Positions 37,831-47,568 of a stretch of DNA of 64,000 bases are shown one piece after another. The position numbers and the translations under genes are program-made. Within the stretch, counting starts at the first letter, position 1. Each line of letters starts with the position of its first letter. Location: positions 8,692 through 72,691 of the forward strand of contig VMEU01000003.1 of assembly GCA_007375675.1 (NCBI GenBank). Direction: 5' to 3'. The notes beneath the pieces were generated by a model that worked only from the letters and a program-made list of their open reading frames with translations, had not been told where the DNA came from and searched no databases. This stretch comes from Parcubacteria group bacterium Greene0416_39. GTDB taxonomy: Bacteria; Patescibacteriota; Minisyncoccia; Minisyncoccales; UBA10102.

Positions 37831-38745
37831 ATGAAGCGGACATGGCTCAACCTTGCAGGAGTTCTCGGGCTGATGATTCTCGCCCTTTGGCTTTCCGTAC
37901 AAATATCAGCTCCTCTTCGCTTTACTGCTAAAACAGGGATTGTTGTTATAATTGAAAAGGGGCAGGGGACTAAAGATATTGCAAAATATCTTGAACGACA
38001 GAAATTTATCCGTTCCTCTTTCTTTTTTCAGGCCTACAGTTTCCTTACTGGAGCTTCACACAAACTTCAGGCGGGAGAATATCTTTTAAGTCCTTCGCTT
38101 TCTTTGTCTCAGATCGTACGCAAACTTGCTACGGGAGATGTTCATAAAGAAGCCGTGACCTTTGTGGAAGGCTGGAGTGTAAAAGACTATCCAATCCTTC
38201 TTGAGTTCCTCAATTTTGAGGGGTACCTATTTCCTGATACCTATTTTGTGAGAACCGACGAAACTCCAGAATCCATTGTGCGAAGAATGCTCCAGAACTT
38301 TGACAAACATTTTACCCCGCAACTCAGAACAGAAACACAAAGACAGAAGAAAACAATCTTTCAAGTGGTCACCATGGCCTCTCTTCTTGAGAAAGAGGTA
38401 CCCGGGCTTCAAGACCGCAAAATAGTTGCCGGAGTTCTCTGGAAAAGACTCAAGGCCGGAGTAGCCCTCCAAGTAGATGCAACAGTTTTATATGTAAAAG
38501 GGGAACACACGGTAAAGATATCCAAAGAAGACACGCAAATTGACTCGCCCTACAATACCTACAAGTATCCGGGGCTCCCTGTGGGCCCTATTGGAAACCC
38601 TGGGATGGAAAGCATTCTCGCCGCCTTGTACCCAACAGAAAGCCCTTACTGGTACTATCTCTCTACGCTCACAGGAGAAACCATTTTCAGCAAAACCTTA
38701 GAAGACCACAACCTTGCCAAGGCAAAATACCTCAAGGGGTATTGA
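37831..38745 (+). CDS. mltG: endolytic transglycosylase MltG
   Basis: EGYLFPDTY, ASLLEKE, LQVDAT, SPYNTY..GLP.GPI. Confidence 0.95.
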   Translation: MKRTWLNLAGVLGLMILALWLSVQISAPLRFTAKTGIVVIIEKGQGTKDIAKYLERQKFIRSSFFFQAYSFLTGASHKLQAGEYLLSPSLSLSQIVRKLATGDVHKEAVTFVEGWSVKDYPILLEFLNFEGYLFPDTYFVRTDETPESIVRRMLQNFDKHFTPQLRTETQRQKKTIFQVVTMASLLEKEVPGLQDRKIVAGVLWKRLKAGVALQVDATVLYVKGEHTVKISKEDTQIDSPYNTYKYPGLPVGPIGNPGMESILAALYPTESPYWYYLSTLTGETIFSKTLEDHNLAKAKYLKGY

Positions 38746-38896
38746 CAAGAATATGCGCATTTGCTAAAAAGCAGGTAGGTTCGTTCAATGCTCATGCATG
38801 GGGGCAGGGAACGCGCTGAAAGAGGGGGGCGTGGGCAGCTCTGCTGCCGTCGCGACGTGTTTACACGTTGGAGCCCGCAACACGCCTCTCTCCAAC

Positions 38897-39010
38897 TTCC
38901 ACAGACCGTAGGTCTCCGAAGGAGACACTGAGCCGTAAGGCGAAGTGCTACCAAAAGAGTAAATCCTACGCAGGAAATAACAGTAAGACTGTGTTCTTGT
39001 GTCTGTGGAA
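38897..39010 (+). promoter_or_regulatory. ribosomal protein L10 leader
   Basis: TTCCACAGACCGTAGG...TAAATCCTACGCAGG...GTCTGTGGAA directly upstream of rplJ. Confidence 0.75.
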
Positions 39011-39083
39011 ACAGGCATTTTCTTTTTAGTATCAGCATAAATCAGCTATAATCCGCATAAATCCGCGGTGAGCAGCAGCGAAC

Positions 39084-39596
39084 ATGGCAAAAACAAAAGC
39101 ACAAAAGCAGACAATAATAGATAAGCTTGAACAGCAAGTTGAAAAAACGCCGTCCATGGTGTTTGTTGACGTTGCAGGATTAAAGATTAAAGACTTGGGG
39201 GTGTTGAGAGCAAGCCTCAAAAAAACAGGAGCGAAGCTCCAGGTTGTGAAAAAAACCTTGCTTGCCAAAACTCTCGATAAGAAGGGGATTAAGGCTGAAT
39301 TGAAAACCATGACAGGAGAGATTGCGGCAATCTTTTCGCAAGATCCGTTTGCAGTTTTAAAGCTTGCGTACGCCTTTTCAAAGAAAAACGAACATTTCAA
39401 GTTAAGAGGAGGGAATCTAGATGGAGCAGTGCAAAACGAAACAGCAGTAATCCTGCTTGCCCAGCTTCCAGCAAGAGAAGAATTGCTTAGCCAACTGATG
39501 AGAACGCTCACTGGTCCAGTATCTGGATTTATGAACGTACTGCAAGGCAATACCAAAGGTCTGATACGAGTTTTGGCACAGGCCAAAACATCGTAA
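39084..39596 (+). CDS. rplJ: 50S ribosomal protein L10
   Basis: VVKKTL, LAQLP.REEL; precedes rplL. Confidence 0.93.
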   Translation: MAKTKAQKQTIIDKLEQQVEKTPSMVFVDVAGLKIKDLGVLRASLKKTGAKLQVVKKTLLAKTLDKKGIKAELKTMTGEIAAIFSQDPFAVLKLAYAFSKKNEHFKLRGGNLDGAVQNETAVILLAQLPAREELLSQLMRTLTGPVSGFMNVLQGNTKGLIRVLAQAKTS

Positions 39597-39630
39597 ATAA
39601 CAAATTACAAAATCCAAATTCCAAATACTT

Positions 39631-40047
39631 ATGGAAGAACAAAAAGAGATAATAGAAATTCCCGAGAAGTTCAAAGCGCTCGTCGCAAGCATTGAAAAAC
39701 TCACGGTGCTTGATCTTGCCGAATTGGTAAAGATCCTTGAAAAGAAGTTTGGAGTTTCGGCGGCTGCTCCAATAGCAGTTGCAGCAGCACCCGAGGCAGC
39801 TTCAGCGGAGGCGGGCGACGACGAAAAAACCTCCTTTAACGTCGTGCTTACAGGAGTAGGGGACAAGAAAATTGAGGTCATCAAGGTGGTGCGCGACGCA
39901 ACAACCAAAGGATTGAAAGAAGCAAAAGATCTTGTGGATGCCACAGCTTCAGGGCCGCAAGTTGTTGCAGAAAATCTGAAAAAAGAAGACGCCCAAGAAC
40001 TCAAGAAAAAGTTTGACGCTGCCGGAGCAAAAGTTGAGCTCAAGTAG
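39631..40047 (+). CDS. rplL: 50S ribosomal protein L7/L12
   Basis: KFGVSAAA, KIEVIKVVR, GLKEAKDLV. Confidence 0.97.
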   Translation: MEEQKEIIEIPEKFKALVASIEKLTVLDLAELVKILEKKFGVSAAAPIAVAAAPEAASAEAGDDEKTSFNVVLTGVGDKKIEVIKVVRDATTKGLKEAKDLVDATASGPQVVAENLKKEDAQELKKKFDAAGAKVELK

Positions 40048-40050
40048 TTT

Positions 40051-40890
40051 TCACTTAAACAGGAGGGAACCTAGCATCAAGACGGCGTAGAGCAACACAA
40101 CAAGAACGATTTTCTTTTTTGCAGAAAGCGGAAGAGAACGGAAAAAAGAAACCTGGAGAAACGCCTCCGGGTTTCTTTTTGGTTGCGTGAGAAGGGGAAG
40201 TTCTTCAATAACCCCAACAAACAAAACCCCAGCTACTTTATGAAGCTCTTTTTCTTTTTGCTTGAGAAGTTCTTGGTACTGCTTTTGTTCTTTGAGAAAC
40301 GCAAAATCTCGCAGAAGATCGCGCGACTCCAAAAATGAGGAGAGTTCATGGGTTGCTACTATGAGCTTATCTTGAGCAAAAAGCTTTCCCACAACTGCGC
40401 TTTCAAGAGTTTTATCCTTTGCAATGTTTACAAGCTGGTTTTTCCTAGCCAAAAACACTTGCGTATTGCCAGATTTTGCAAGAGAGAACGTAACCTTGTG
40501 AGCCCTCGGGAAAAAAGAGAACGCAACAAGAACAAGATGAAGGTTGCCGAGCCAGTCAACATTACCTTGTTTTTTTTCTTTTAGCAAGAAGCTATCAACT
40601 TCTCTAAGCGCTTTTTTAAAGACGATTTCTGGGGTCACAACACTTTTCCCTTGGGTTCGCCCCGTCATTCGACGGGGCGGGGAGTCGGATGACTCCCCGT
40701 ATTCCTCGCTCACAACATGCGCAATTGTATCAAGAAAGCTGGAGTTCTGGGGAAGGACATTGGAAAGCTCCCCAATGCCATACACATTGGTTGTAAAATC
40801 TTTTCCAACAAGAACTTTTTCAAATGAAAACGTTTTGAAAAACCGGTCTTTCTTTGCTTTGGGATTAAAATGAAACTCAAAGATTCGCAT
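40051..40890 (-). CDS. hypothetical protein with C-terminal TM
   Basis: 279-aa ORF, FEFHFNPK and GNVDWLGNL motifs. Confidence 0.75.
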   Translation of the reverse strand: MRIFEFHFNPKAKKDRFFKTFSFEKVLVGKDFTTNVYGIGELSNVLPQNSSFLDTIAHVVSEEYGESSDSPPRRMTGRTQGKSVVTPEIVFKKALREVDSFLLKEKKQGNVDWLGNLHLVLVAFSFFPRAHKVTFSLAKSGNTQVFLARKNQLVNIAKDKTLESAVVGKLFAQDKLIVATHELSSFLESRDLLRDFAFLKEQKQYQELLKQKEKELHKVAGVLFVGVIEELPLLTQPKRNPEAFLQVSFFRSLPLSAKKKIVLVVLLYAVLMLGSLLFK

Positions 40891-40930
40891 GTTCTCATTA
40901 TATCAGATTCGTGGTATACGCAAACCTAAA

Positions 40931-41002
40931 GGGCGGTTAGTTTAATGGTAAAACAGTGCATTCACATTGCACAGAGCATAGGTTCGATTCCTATACCGCC
41001 CA
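40931..41002 (+). tRNA. tRNA-Val(CAC)
   Basis: GTGCA-TTCACAT-TGCAC; GGGCGGT/ACCGCCC. Confidence 0.9.
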
Positions 41003-41004
41003 CT

Positions 41005-41352
41005 ATGTTTGCTACTGACAAAAAGAGTTTGGATAAGGATACAAAGGTTTGGTTCTTCCGAAGTTCTTCAGGGCCTGGAGGACAAAACGTGAACAAGGTT
41101 GCGAGCGCGGTAAGGATATGGCACGTTCCAAGCGGCGTAGTCATTGTGGTGAGAAGCGAGCGAACCCAAGCGCAGAACAAAAGGGTTGCCTTCGAACGCC
41201 TGAAGAAGCGCCTGGAGGCATTAAACAGACCGCGCAAACCAAGAAAACTGCGTACGAAACCTTCACCAGCCGCGCAACGAAAACGCTTGGAAGAAAAACG
41301 CAAGCAATCCCAAAAGAAAGAATCAAGGCAACCTCCTCGCCTTGAATCCTAG
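41005..41352 (+). CDS. arfB: ArfB-like peptidyl-tRNA hydrolase (ribosome rescue)
   Basis: [12 protein letters not shown], basic C-terminal tail. Confidence 0.88.
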   Translation: MFATDKKSLDKDTKVWFFRSSSGPGGQNVNKVASAVRIWHVPSGVVIVVRSERTQAQNKRVAFERLKKRLEALNRPRKPRKLRTKPSPAAQRKRLEEKRKQSQKKESRQPPRLES

Positions 41353-41371
41353 GATATGATAGAATACGGAA

Positions 41372-41752
41372 ATGATTTTTAGCATTGCTTTTGAATATGT
41401 CGTATGGCATTTTGCGCAAATGCCTTTGGAAATTGCCAAGGCCTGGAGAAATATTCTCCTGTTTAACCTGGAATACTTTTCGCTCCCTGTGCTTTTGAAA
41501 ACGCTTTTTGCTCCCTGGAGAAAAATCCAGTTTGCAGCAGGAAAAGGATTTAATATTGCAAAGTTGCTTGAAGCAGCAGCTTCCAACCTCATCTCAAGAA
41601 TTTTGGGAGCTTTGATACGAAGCGTTCTCATTATTGCGGGCCTTGCAACAGAAGCAGCGCTTCTTGCAACTGCCTTGGCAACCCTTATTGCATGGTTCCT
41701 TTTGCCCATTGCCATTGTACTTGGATTTTCTTATGGATTTTCCACCCTCTAA
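41372..41752 (+). CDS. conserved hypothetical membrane protein
   Basis: YFS...LLKTLFAPW, SRILGA; overlaps the Clp ATPase gene. Confidence 0.8.
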   Translation: MIFSIAFEYVVWHFAQMPLEIAKAWRNILLFNLEYFSLPVLLKTLFAPWRKIQFAAGKGFNIAKLLEAAASNLISRILGALIRSVLIIAGLATEAALLATALATLIAWFLLPIAIVLGFSYGFSTL

Positions 41753-44171
41753 AGCAGTCGCATTTTATCGGTTTTTTTACCTTGGACTTCTCAAAAAAGT
41801 AAGGGTTTTGGCCTACTGGCTCTTCTGGATCTTTCTTGGCATTTTTCTCTATGGATTTTTAGGCAATCGCTATGAAGAAACACTTCTTACCAAGCTCTCT
41901 GGTTTCACAGTTCTTTCCCTTTCTTTATTTGGCGCCATCTTAGTTTTGGAACTGTTTCAAGAAAAATTGAAATCTGCAAAGGGACAAGATCTTTCTTTTG
42001 AGCTTGCGCTCGCCTTGAACTTGTCGAAGGGCTCTGCTTCCCGCCTTCTTGTTTTGCTCCTTAAACAAGACAAACTTTTTGAAAACCTGCTCAACCGCGC
42101 CCTTCTTGACACAGCAACTCTTCTCAAGTTGTTGCAGAATTCAAAAGAACCCTTAGGCATTGATGAAGTGATTAAGAAAGGAATCGTCAACACAGGAGAC
42201 GCGTTGGTGGCGCTTGCGGAACACCACCCCGTGTTCCAAAAAACTCTGGTGCAGGCAAACCTATTTACAAAGGACATACGCAACCTTGCAGATTGGGCAG
42301 AATCTCTTGAAACACAAAGAAAAGAACGAAAAAAATTCTGGGGAATGAAGAACCTTCGCAGAAGAGGAACTCTTGCGCGGAACTGGACCGCAGGCTACAC
42401 CCCAACCTTAGACGCTTTTTCTTCAGACCTTTCAGAGATTGCAAGAAAACAAGGCGTTCCTCTTACCATAGGCCACGAAGACGAACGCTCCTCGTTGGAG
42501 AGAATTCTCAGCCAGCAGCAAACCAATAATGCCTTGCTCGTGGGAGAACCAGGTTCAGGCCGCAGGAACCTTGTGCTCAACCTTGCGTATGAGGCCGCTC
42601 TTGGAGAAACCTTGAACGAGATAAACTACAAACGGTTTGTGGAGCTGGATATCCAGGCGCTTGTTGCAAGAATAACCCAACCAGAAGAACTTGAGAAAAC
42701 CTTAGATAAAATCTTCAGGGAAGTTGCGGGGGCAGGAAACGTAGTGCTTATTATTGACGAGTTGCATAACTTTGTTGGCGGCTCAGGTCGATCTGGCGCA
42801 GATCGACCTGGCGCAATAGATATTACCGGAGTTTTGGCTCCGTATCTTCGTGTTACAAACTTTCCTTTTATTGGCATCACCACGTTTCAAGGGCTCCACA
42901 AATATCTTGAGCAGAACGCTTCTCTGATGGCGCTTTTGGCGCCAGTGGAACTTGGCGAAATCACCGATGAACAAACCCTTCCTGTGCTGGAACAATTTGT
43001 TGGGGGGCTTGAACAAAAACACAAAAGAATCATTTCGTATCCTGCTCTCCGCGACGCGATTGCGCTTTCCTCAAAGTATGTGCAGGGAGTGCCCCAGCCC
43101 AGAAAATCTATTGAGCTATTAGAAGAAGCAATGGCATACCTTAGCTCATCGAGTCTGAAGACTCATCAGAGTCTGAACGACCAAACAAAAGAAAAAGTTC
43201 TTTTGCCAAGGCATATTGCATACGTGCTCTCTGAAAAAACCCAGATTCCCATAGGGGAAATTGAAACAAAAGAAAGGGAAGTACTCTTGAGCCTTGAAGA
43301 CCTTCTCCACAAAAGAATCATTAACCAGGAAGAAGCAATAGGAGAAGTGTCTTCGGCTTTGAGGAGAGCGCGTTCTGAAGTGTCTAAACGGTCAGGGCCT
43401 ATGGGAAGCTTTCTCTTTTTAGGGCCTACTGGAGTAGGCAAAACAGAAACCGCAAAAGCATTGGCCGCAGTGTACTTTGGTTCAGAAAACCGAATGATTC
43501 GCCTTGACATGTCTGAATTTCAAAACCCAAAAGACGTGGAGCGTTTGCTGGGTTCAGCCGAACAACAGGGATTGCTCACCACGCAAGTGAGAGAGAATCC
43601 ATTTTCTTTGGTGCTTTTAGACGAGCTGGAAAAAGCGCACCCAAACATTCTCAACCTATTCCTTCAAGTGCTTGACGAAGGCCATATCACAGACGGCCTT
43701 GGAAGAAAAGTGAGCTTCCAGCACACCATTATTATTGCTACGTCTAACGCAGGGTACCAGCTCATTCTTGAGGCAATAAAAGAAAACAAAGATTTTAATC
43801 TGTTAAAGCGGGAAATGATTGACTATCTTTTCAAACAAGGAATATACCGGCCTGAATTTCTCAACAGGTTTGACGGCGTCATGCTCTTTAAACCCTTAAC
43901 AAAAGAGCATCTCCTTTCTATTGCAGAGTTAATGCTTTCTAAGGTAAAGAAAGGATTGGCAGAAAAGGGGATTGAGTTTGTCATCACTGGGCAGCTCAAA
44001 GAAAAAATGGTAGAATTAGGGTATGATCCAATCTTTGGAGCCAGGCCTATGAAACGAGTGATTCAAGACAAGGTAGAAGACGCCTTGGCTGTTGGCCTTT
44101 TGAAAAGGGAGTTGATACGGGGAACAAAGGTTGAAGTTGACCCTTCTGACTTTAGCCTTAAAATCTCATAA
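41733..44171 (+). CDS. ClpA/B-family AAA+ ATPase with N-terminal TMs
   Basis: GEPGSGR / IIDELH; GPTGVGKT, RLDMSEF, DELEKAHP, RPEFLNRFD, GARP. Confidence 0.92.
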   Translation: MDFPPSKAVAFYRFFYLGLLKKVRVLAYWLFWIFLGIFLYGFLGNRYEETLLTKLSGFTVLSLSLFGAILVLELFQEKLKSAKGQDLSFELALALNLSKGSASRLLVLLLKQDKLFENLLNRALLDTATLLKLLQNSKEPLGIDEVIKKGIVNTGDALVALAEHHPVFQKTLVQANLFTKDIRNLADWAESLETQRKERKKFWGMKNLRRRGTLARNWTAGYTPTLDAFSSDLSEIARKQGVPLTIGHEDERSSLERILSQQQTNNALLVGEPGSGRRNLVLNLAYEAALGETLNEINYKRFVELDIQALVARITQPEELEKTLDKIFREVAGAGNVVLIIDELHNFVGGSGRSGADRPGAIDITGVLAPYLRVTNFPFIGITTFQGLHKYLEQNASLMALLAPVELGEITDEQTLPVLEQFVGGLEQKHKRIISYPALRDAIALSSKYVQGVPQPRKSIELLEEAMAYLSSSSLKTHQSLNDQTKEKVLLPRHIAYVLSEKTQIPIGEIETKEREVLLSLEDLLHKRIINQEEAIGEVSSALRRARSEVSKRSGPMGSFLFLGPTGVGKTETAKALAAVYFGSENRMIRLDMSEFQNPKDVERLLGSAEQQGLLTTQVRENPFSLVLLDELEKAHPNILNLFLQVLDEGHITDGLGRKVSFQHTIIIATSNAGYQLILEAIKENKDFNLLKREMIDYLFKQGIYRPEFLNRFDGVMLFKPLTKEHLLSIAELMLSKVKKGLAEKGIEFVITGQLKEKMVELGYDPIFGARPMKRVIQDKVEDALAVGLLKRELIRGTKVEVDPSDFSLKIS

Positions 44172-44174
44172 CGT

Positions 44175-44567
44175 ATGGATTCTTCATATTTTGCAAACGG
44201 AAAAGTGTATGCTTGGGAGGGAACGTTTGCTGTAGTAAAAGCAAAACAGCCGATTGCTGGCGCTTTTGCCGTGCTTCAAGACAAGAATGAGATCACGGTT
44301 GTAATAGAACAAAGTAGAATAGGGGAGCATCAAAACGATATTTTAGAATCGAGCAACGACTGGAACATCATTACCTTTGACATGTTATTGTCCTTGAACA
44401 TGGTAGGGTTTATTGCGCACGTTACTTCAGCTCTTGCAAAAAAAGGGGTAGACGTTCTCACGTTTTCTGCATATTCTACCGAACACGTGCTCGTGCAGAG
44501 CAAAGACCTTGCAAAAGCGCTCACAGTACTGGAACACCTCGGATGCAAAATCTCAAGTAACTCTTAA
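44175..44567 (+). CDS. ACT-domain protein
   Basis: DKNEITVV, VGFIA..TSALA, SAYSTEHVLV. Confidence 0.8.
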   Translation: MDSSYFANGKVYAWEGTFAVVKAKQPIAGAFAVLQDKNEITVVIEQSRIGEHQNDILESSNDWNIITFDMLLSLNMVGFIAHVTSALAKKGVDVLTFSAYSTEHVLVQSKDLAKALTVLEHLGCKISSNS

Positions 44568-44636
44568 AGTGGTATACTGAATAAAGGCATTAAAAGGTCG
44601 AGGCAGTTACAAACTAACTAAAGAAAACATTTTCAT

Positions 44637-44846
44637 ATGAAACTTCTTGGTCCAGTCGCATCATTGCTCACCGTCATTGGAGGATTAAACTGGGGGCTCG
44701 TAGCCCTTGCCAACTTCAATTTGGTAGACACAATCTTTGGCAGCGTTCCCGCAGTTGGAAAGATTGTCTACGTTTTGATAGGCCTTTCGGCATTATACGT
44801 GGCAATCACCATGCTTCCAAAGCAATTTAGTACGCCAAAGCCGTAG
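44637..44846 (+). CDS. DUF378 family membrane protein
   Basis: IGGLNWGLV..NFNLV, VYVLIGLSA. Confidence 0.9.
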   Translation: MKLLGPVASLLTVIGGLNWGLVALANFNLVDTIFGSVPAVGKIVYVLIGLSALYVAITMLPKQFSTPKP

Positions 44847-44937
44847 CAATACATTGAAATAAAAGCCGCCCAAGCGAAAGCAAAGGCGGCTTTTATTTCA
44901 GATTTCCTCGATTTTTTGATAAAGTGAAGTATTATAT

Positions 44938-45696
44938 ATGAAAGTTGGTACTCGAGGGTTTACCTTAATTGAGCTTTTGATTGTTATTGCCATTATTGGA
45001 ATTTTGGCTGGTATTGTGCTTGTTTCGTTTGGGGGCATACGAGAACGCGCAGAAATCGCAAAGGGGCAGAACTTCAACAGACAGCTCACCCAAAGCATTG
45101 GATTATTTTTGCTTTCTTCTTGGAGTTTTTACAACGGCACAGCAAACGACCAAGCTCAAGGGCAGAATAACGCCACGCTCCTCGGAGGCGTGGAAAGCAC
45201 AGAGGGCATGACAAACAATGCTCTCCAATTCAACGGCACAAACGCGTTCGCGCAGTTTCCTTATGCATTTTTTAACTCTGCTCCTTCTGAATTCACCGTT
45301 TCTTTATGGGCAAGGCCTTCTGCCATGCCCCAAAGCGAGGATGCAGTTTTATTTTACAGCACGCGAAACGTTGAATTTATGGTGGGATATTCCACCCAAG
45401 GAAAGTTTTTCACTTCCTATAAACTTGATCCTTCCGGATGGGAAGGAGTGACCGCACAAAAAACAAGTTCTCCTAACACATGGTATCATATTGCTGCTTC
45501 GTGGAGTTCAAACGAAGTCGTTCTGTATGTTAACGGTTCGGTTGCCGGCAGAAGGGTGCCGACGGGAAGCGCGTTTGCCACCACCCCAAGCGGGTACCCC
45601 GCCTTTGCGGCTTTTGTTCGGCCTACTGGCACACGAAACTATTTTGCCGGCATTCTAGACGAAATCTACCTGTACACAAAAGCCGTGCCCCAGTAA
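44938..45696 (+). CDS. type IV pilin-like protein with LamG domain
   Basis: RGFTLIELL prepilin site; WYHIAA, LYVNG, F.G.LDE. Confidence 0.9.
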   Translation: MKVGTRGFTLIELLIVIAIIGILAGIVLVSFGGIRERAEIAKGQNFNRQLTQSIGLFLLSSWSFYNGTANDQAQGQNNATLLGGVESTEGMTNNALQFNGTNAFAQFPYAFFNSAPSEFTVSLWARPSAMPQSEDAVLFYSTRNVEFMVGYSTQGKFFTSYKLDPSGWEGVTAQKTSSPNTWYHIAASWSSNEVVLYVNGSVAGRRVPTGSAFATTPSGYPAFAAFVRPTGTRNYFAGILDEIYLYTKAVPQ

Positions 45697-45757
45697 CATC
45701 TTTCTAATGGACAAAAGAAAAGAAGTGTTGTAGAATCTTTTTCAGAAAGGAGGAACT

Positions 45758-45868
45758 ATGCCAACTTGGCAAGGCAAAAAATCAGGGGGAGGCCATACAA
45801 CCTTAATTGAAGCGGCAGTGCCTTTGGTAAAGGCAGCAGAAAAGCTTCCCGAGGTTACAAAGCCTTAA
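45758..45868 (+). pseudogene. 5' remnant paralogous to the ORF at 53106
   Basis: MPTWQGKKSGGGHTTLIEAAVPLVKAAEKLPEVTKP*; GAAAGGAGG SD. Confidence 0.85.
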
Positions 45869-45925
45869 CTTGCATAGTTTTGGGTCGTACTTGCATAGTT
45901 TCTATGACTATGGTAAGATAGCGAC

Positions 45926-46513
45926 ATGAATGAAAAGCTTTTAAATATACGAGAAGCTGCCCAATTTCTTGGAGTTTCTGTTGACACGCTTAGACGCTGG
46001 GATAAAAGCGGTAAGTTAGTTGCGCTTAGAAAACCTGGGGGGACCCACCGCTATTACGCAGTAAGGGATTTAGAGATATTTTCCAGTGACTTAATAAAAC
46101 TTGCGAGTGAATGGGCGCTTTCCAGAAAAGAAATATCGCCAGATTTGTATTGTTCCAATAGTGCGGTTTTTCAGGCAAGGTTAATGAGGATGCAAGATGA
46201 GATGCTAGCCTCTGCAAAAGAGCAAGGATTCGTTTCTCTTGTGACAGCTGTTGCCGGTGAGATTGGCAATAACTCCTACGACCACAACTTGGGGAATTGG
46301 CCTGTAGCATTCACAGAAATGCTCTCTGGTCGCGCACCGGAGGAACGAGGGAATGGTTTGAAATTTGTCCGCAAGGTTATTTCGCAAAACCCCATCAGCC
46401 TGTGTTTTCAGACTGGAGATGCAGAGTTGGGTTTAGAGAGAGGAAATGGAGATCTACGCATCAGAAAGACAAAAAACGAGATTCAAGGATGTCTCGCAGT
46501 GATCAGGTTCTAA
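45926..46513 (+). CDS. MerR-type HTH fused to a partial HATPase-like domain
   Basis: EAAQFLGVS.DTLRRWD, GTHRYY; EIGNNSYDH, RGNGL. Confidence 0.75.
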   Translation: MNEKLLNIREAAQFLGVSVDTLRRWDKSGKLVALRKPGGTHRYYAVRDLEIFSSDLIKLASEWALSRKEISPDLYCSNSAVFQARLMRMQDEMLASAKEQGFVSLVTAVAGEIGNNSYDHNLGNWPVAFTEMLSGRAPEERGNGLKFVRKVISQNPISLCFQTGDAELGLERGNGDLRIRKTKNEIQGCLAVIRF

Positions 46514-46519
46514 GACTTC

Positions 46520-46783
46520 ATGATTATTGAACTCAACAAGTTCGGAACTACTCTTGTATCCCGTCAAGCCGGTCGAGAAGCTTGGGCTGCTTTCCAACCG
46601 ACTCTTCGAACCATAACCTCCCAAGAAAATATCGAAGTTAGCTTTGATGGCGTTTTAACATTCTCGCCTTCTTGGGCAGACGAGTTTATCACAACGCTCA
46701 AAAAGCAGTTTGGCGACCGGGTTATTTTGTCCGCGAGCGATAATCCTTCTGTAAAAGCGACATTGGATATTCTTGGGATATAG
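46520..46783 (+). CDS. STAS-like (DUF4325) protein
   Basis: LVSRQAGRE, FDGV...SPSWADEF. Confidence 0.8.
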   Translation: MIIELNKFGTTLVSRQAGREAWAAFQPTLRTITSQENIEVSFDGVLTFSPSWADEFITTLKKQFGDRVILSASDNPSVKATLDILGI

Positions 46784-46886
46784 AAAAGCCTGCCCCGAAC
46801 CGCACTGGTTCTGTGGGTGATTTTTTGCTTACACTGAGTTTATCGAAGGGCTTGCCCAGAGCTCGTCGAAAGGATACTATAAATGT

Positions 46887-47354
46887 ATGCCACACATTCA
46901 TGAATCCATTGACTGGACTGTAGTAGCCTACGTTGTGTATCAAAACAAAGTACTCTTCGTATTTCACAAAGAGCTCCAAAAATGGTTGCCTTTGGGCGGA
47001 CATATTGAACTAAGCGAAGATCCAGATCAAGCTCTTGTGCGAGAGGTCGAAGAGGAAAGCGGTATTCAAGAATTGGAGGTGCTGGCAACGAAACCCGACA
47101 TTAAAGTGGATGCTGTAGAGCGAAAATTTCTGTACACCCCAGCATATGTGGATATCCACACTATCAATGAGAAGCACAGACACATCGGACTTGTTTACTT
47201 TCTTCGGGCTAAAACCAATGTGATCCGTCTTGCAGAACAAGAACACACCGAAATCCGTTGGCTCACAGAGGAGGAGCTTGATAATCCGGAGTTCCGTTTG
47301 GAGCACAGTATAAAGTTCTATGCAAAAGAAGCTCTGCAGCGAGCTGCACAATAA
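46887..47354 (+). CDS. NUDIX hydrolase
   Basis: GGHIE..E....ALVREVEEESG. Confidence 0.92.
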   Translation: MPHIHESIDWTVVAYVVYQNKVLFVFHKELQKWLPLGGHIELSEDPDQALVREVEEESGIQELEVLATKPDIKVDAVERKFLYTPAYVDIHTINEKHRHIGLVYFLRAKTNVIRLAEQEHTEIRWLTEEELDNPEFRLEHSIKFYAKEALQRAAQ

Positions 47355-47568
47355 AACTTAAGTCGATTAAGTTATCCAAGGGTTTTAGTGTAACAAAAAG
47401 AAACGGCATAGCTGCAAATTGTGTAAACCGCATTAGCAAGAAACTGCGCAGGAGAGAAGCGAAAGAAGCCTCAGCCCATCCTTAGCTCGGTTAAGGTTAA
47501 AGCAGACGATCGCCAAACTGGCGATTTTTTGATACAGTAGTTAGGTGGAAAATGCGAATAAAGCATCT

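Noticed and set aside
38780..39010. RNase P RNA, SRP RNA or tmRNA
   Set aside because: Lacks GAGGAAAGTCC, the SRP GGAA/AGCAG motif and tmRNA ends; the 3' part fits an L10 leader
40945..41004. N-terminal extension of arfB
   Set aside because: Lies within tRNA-Val; the real start is probably 41005
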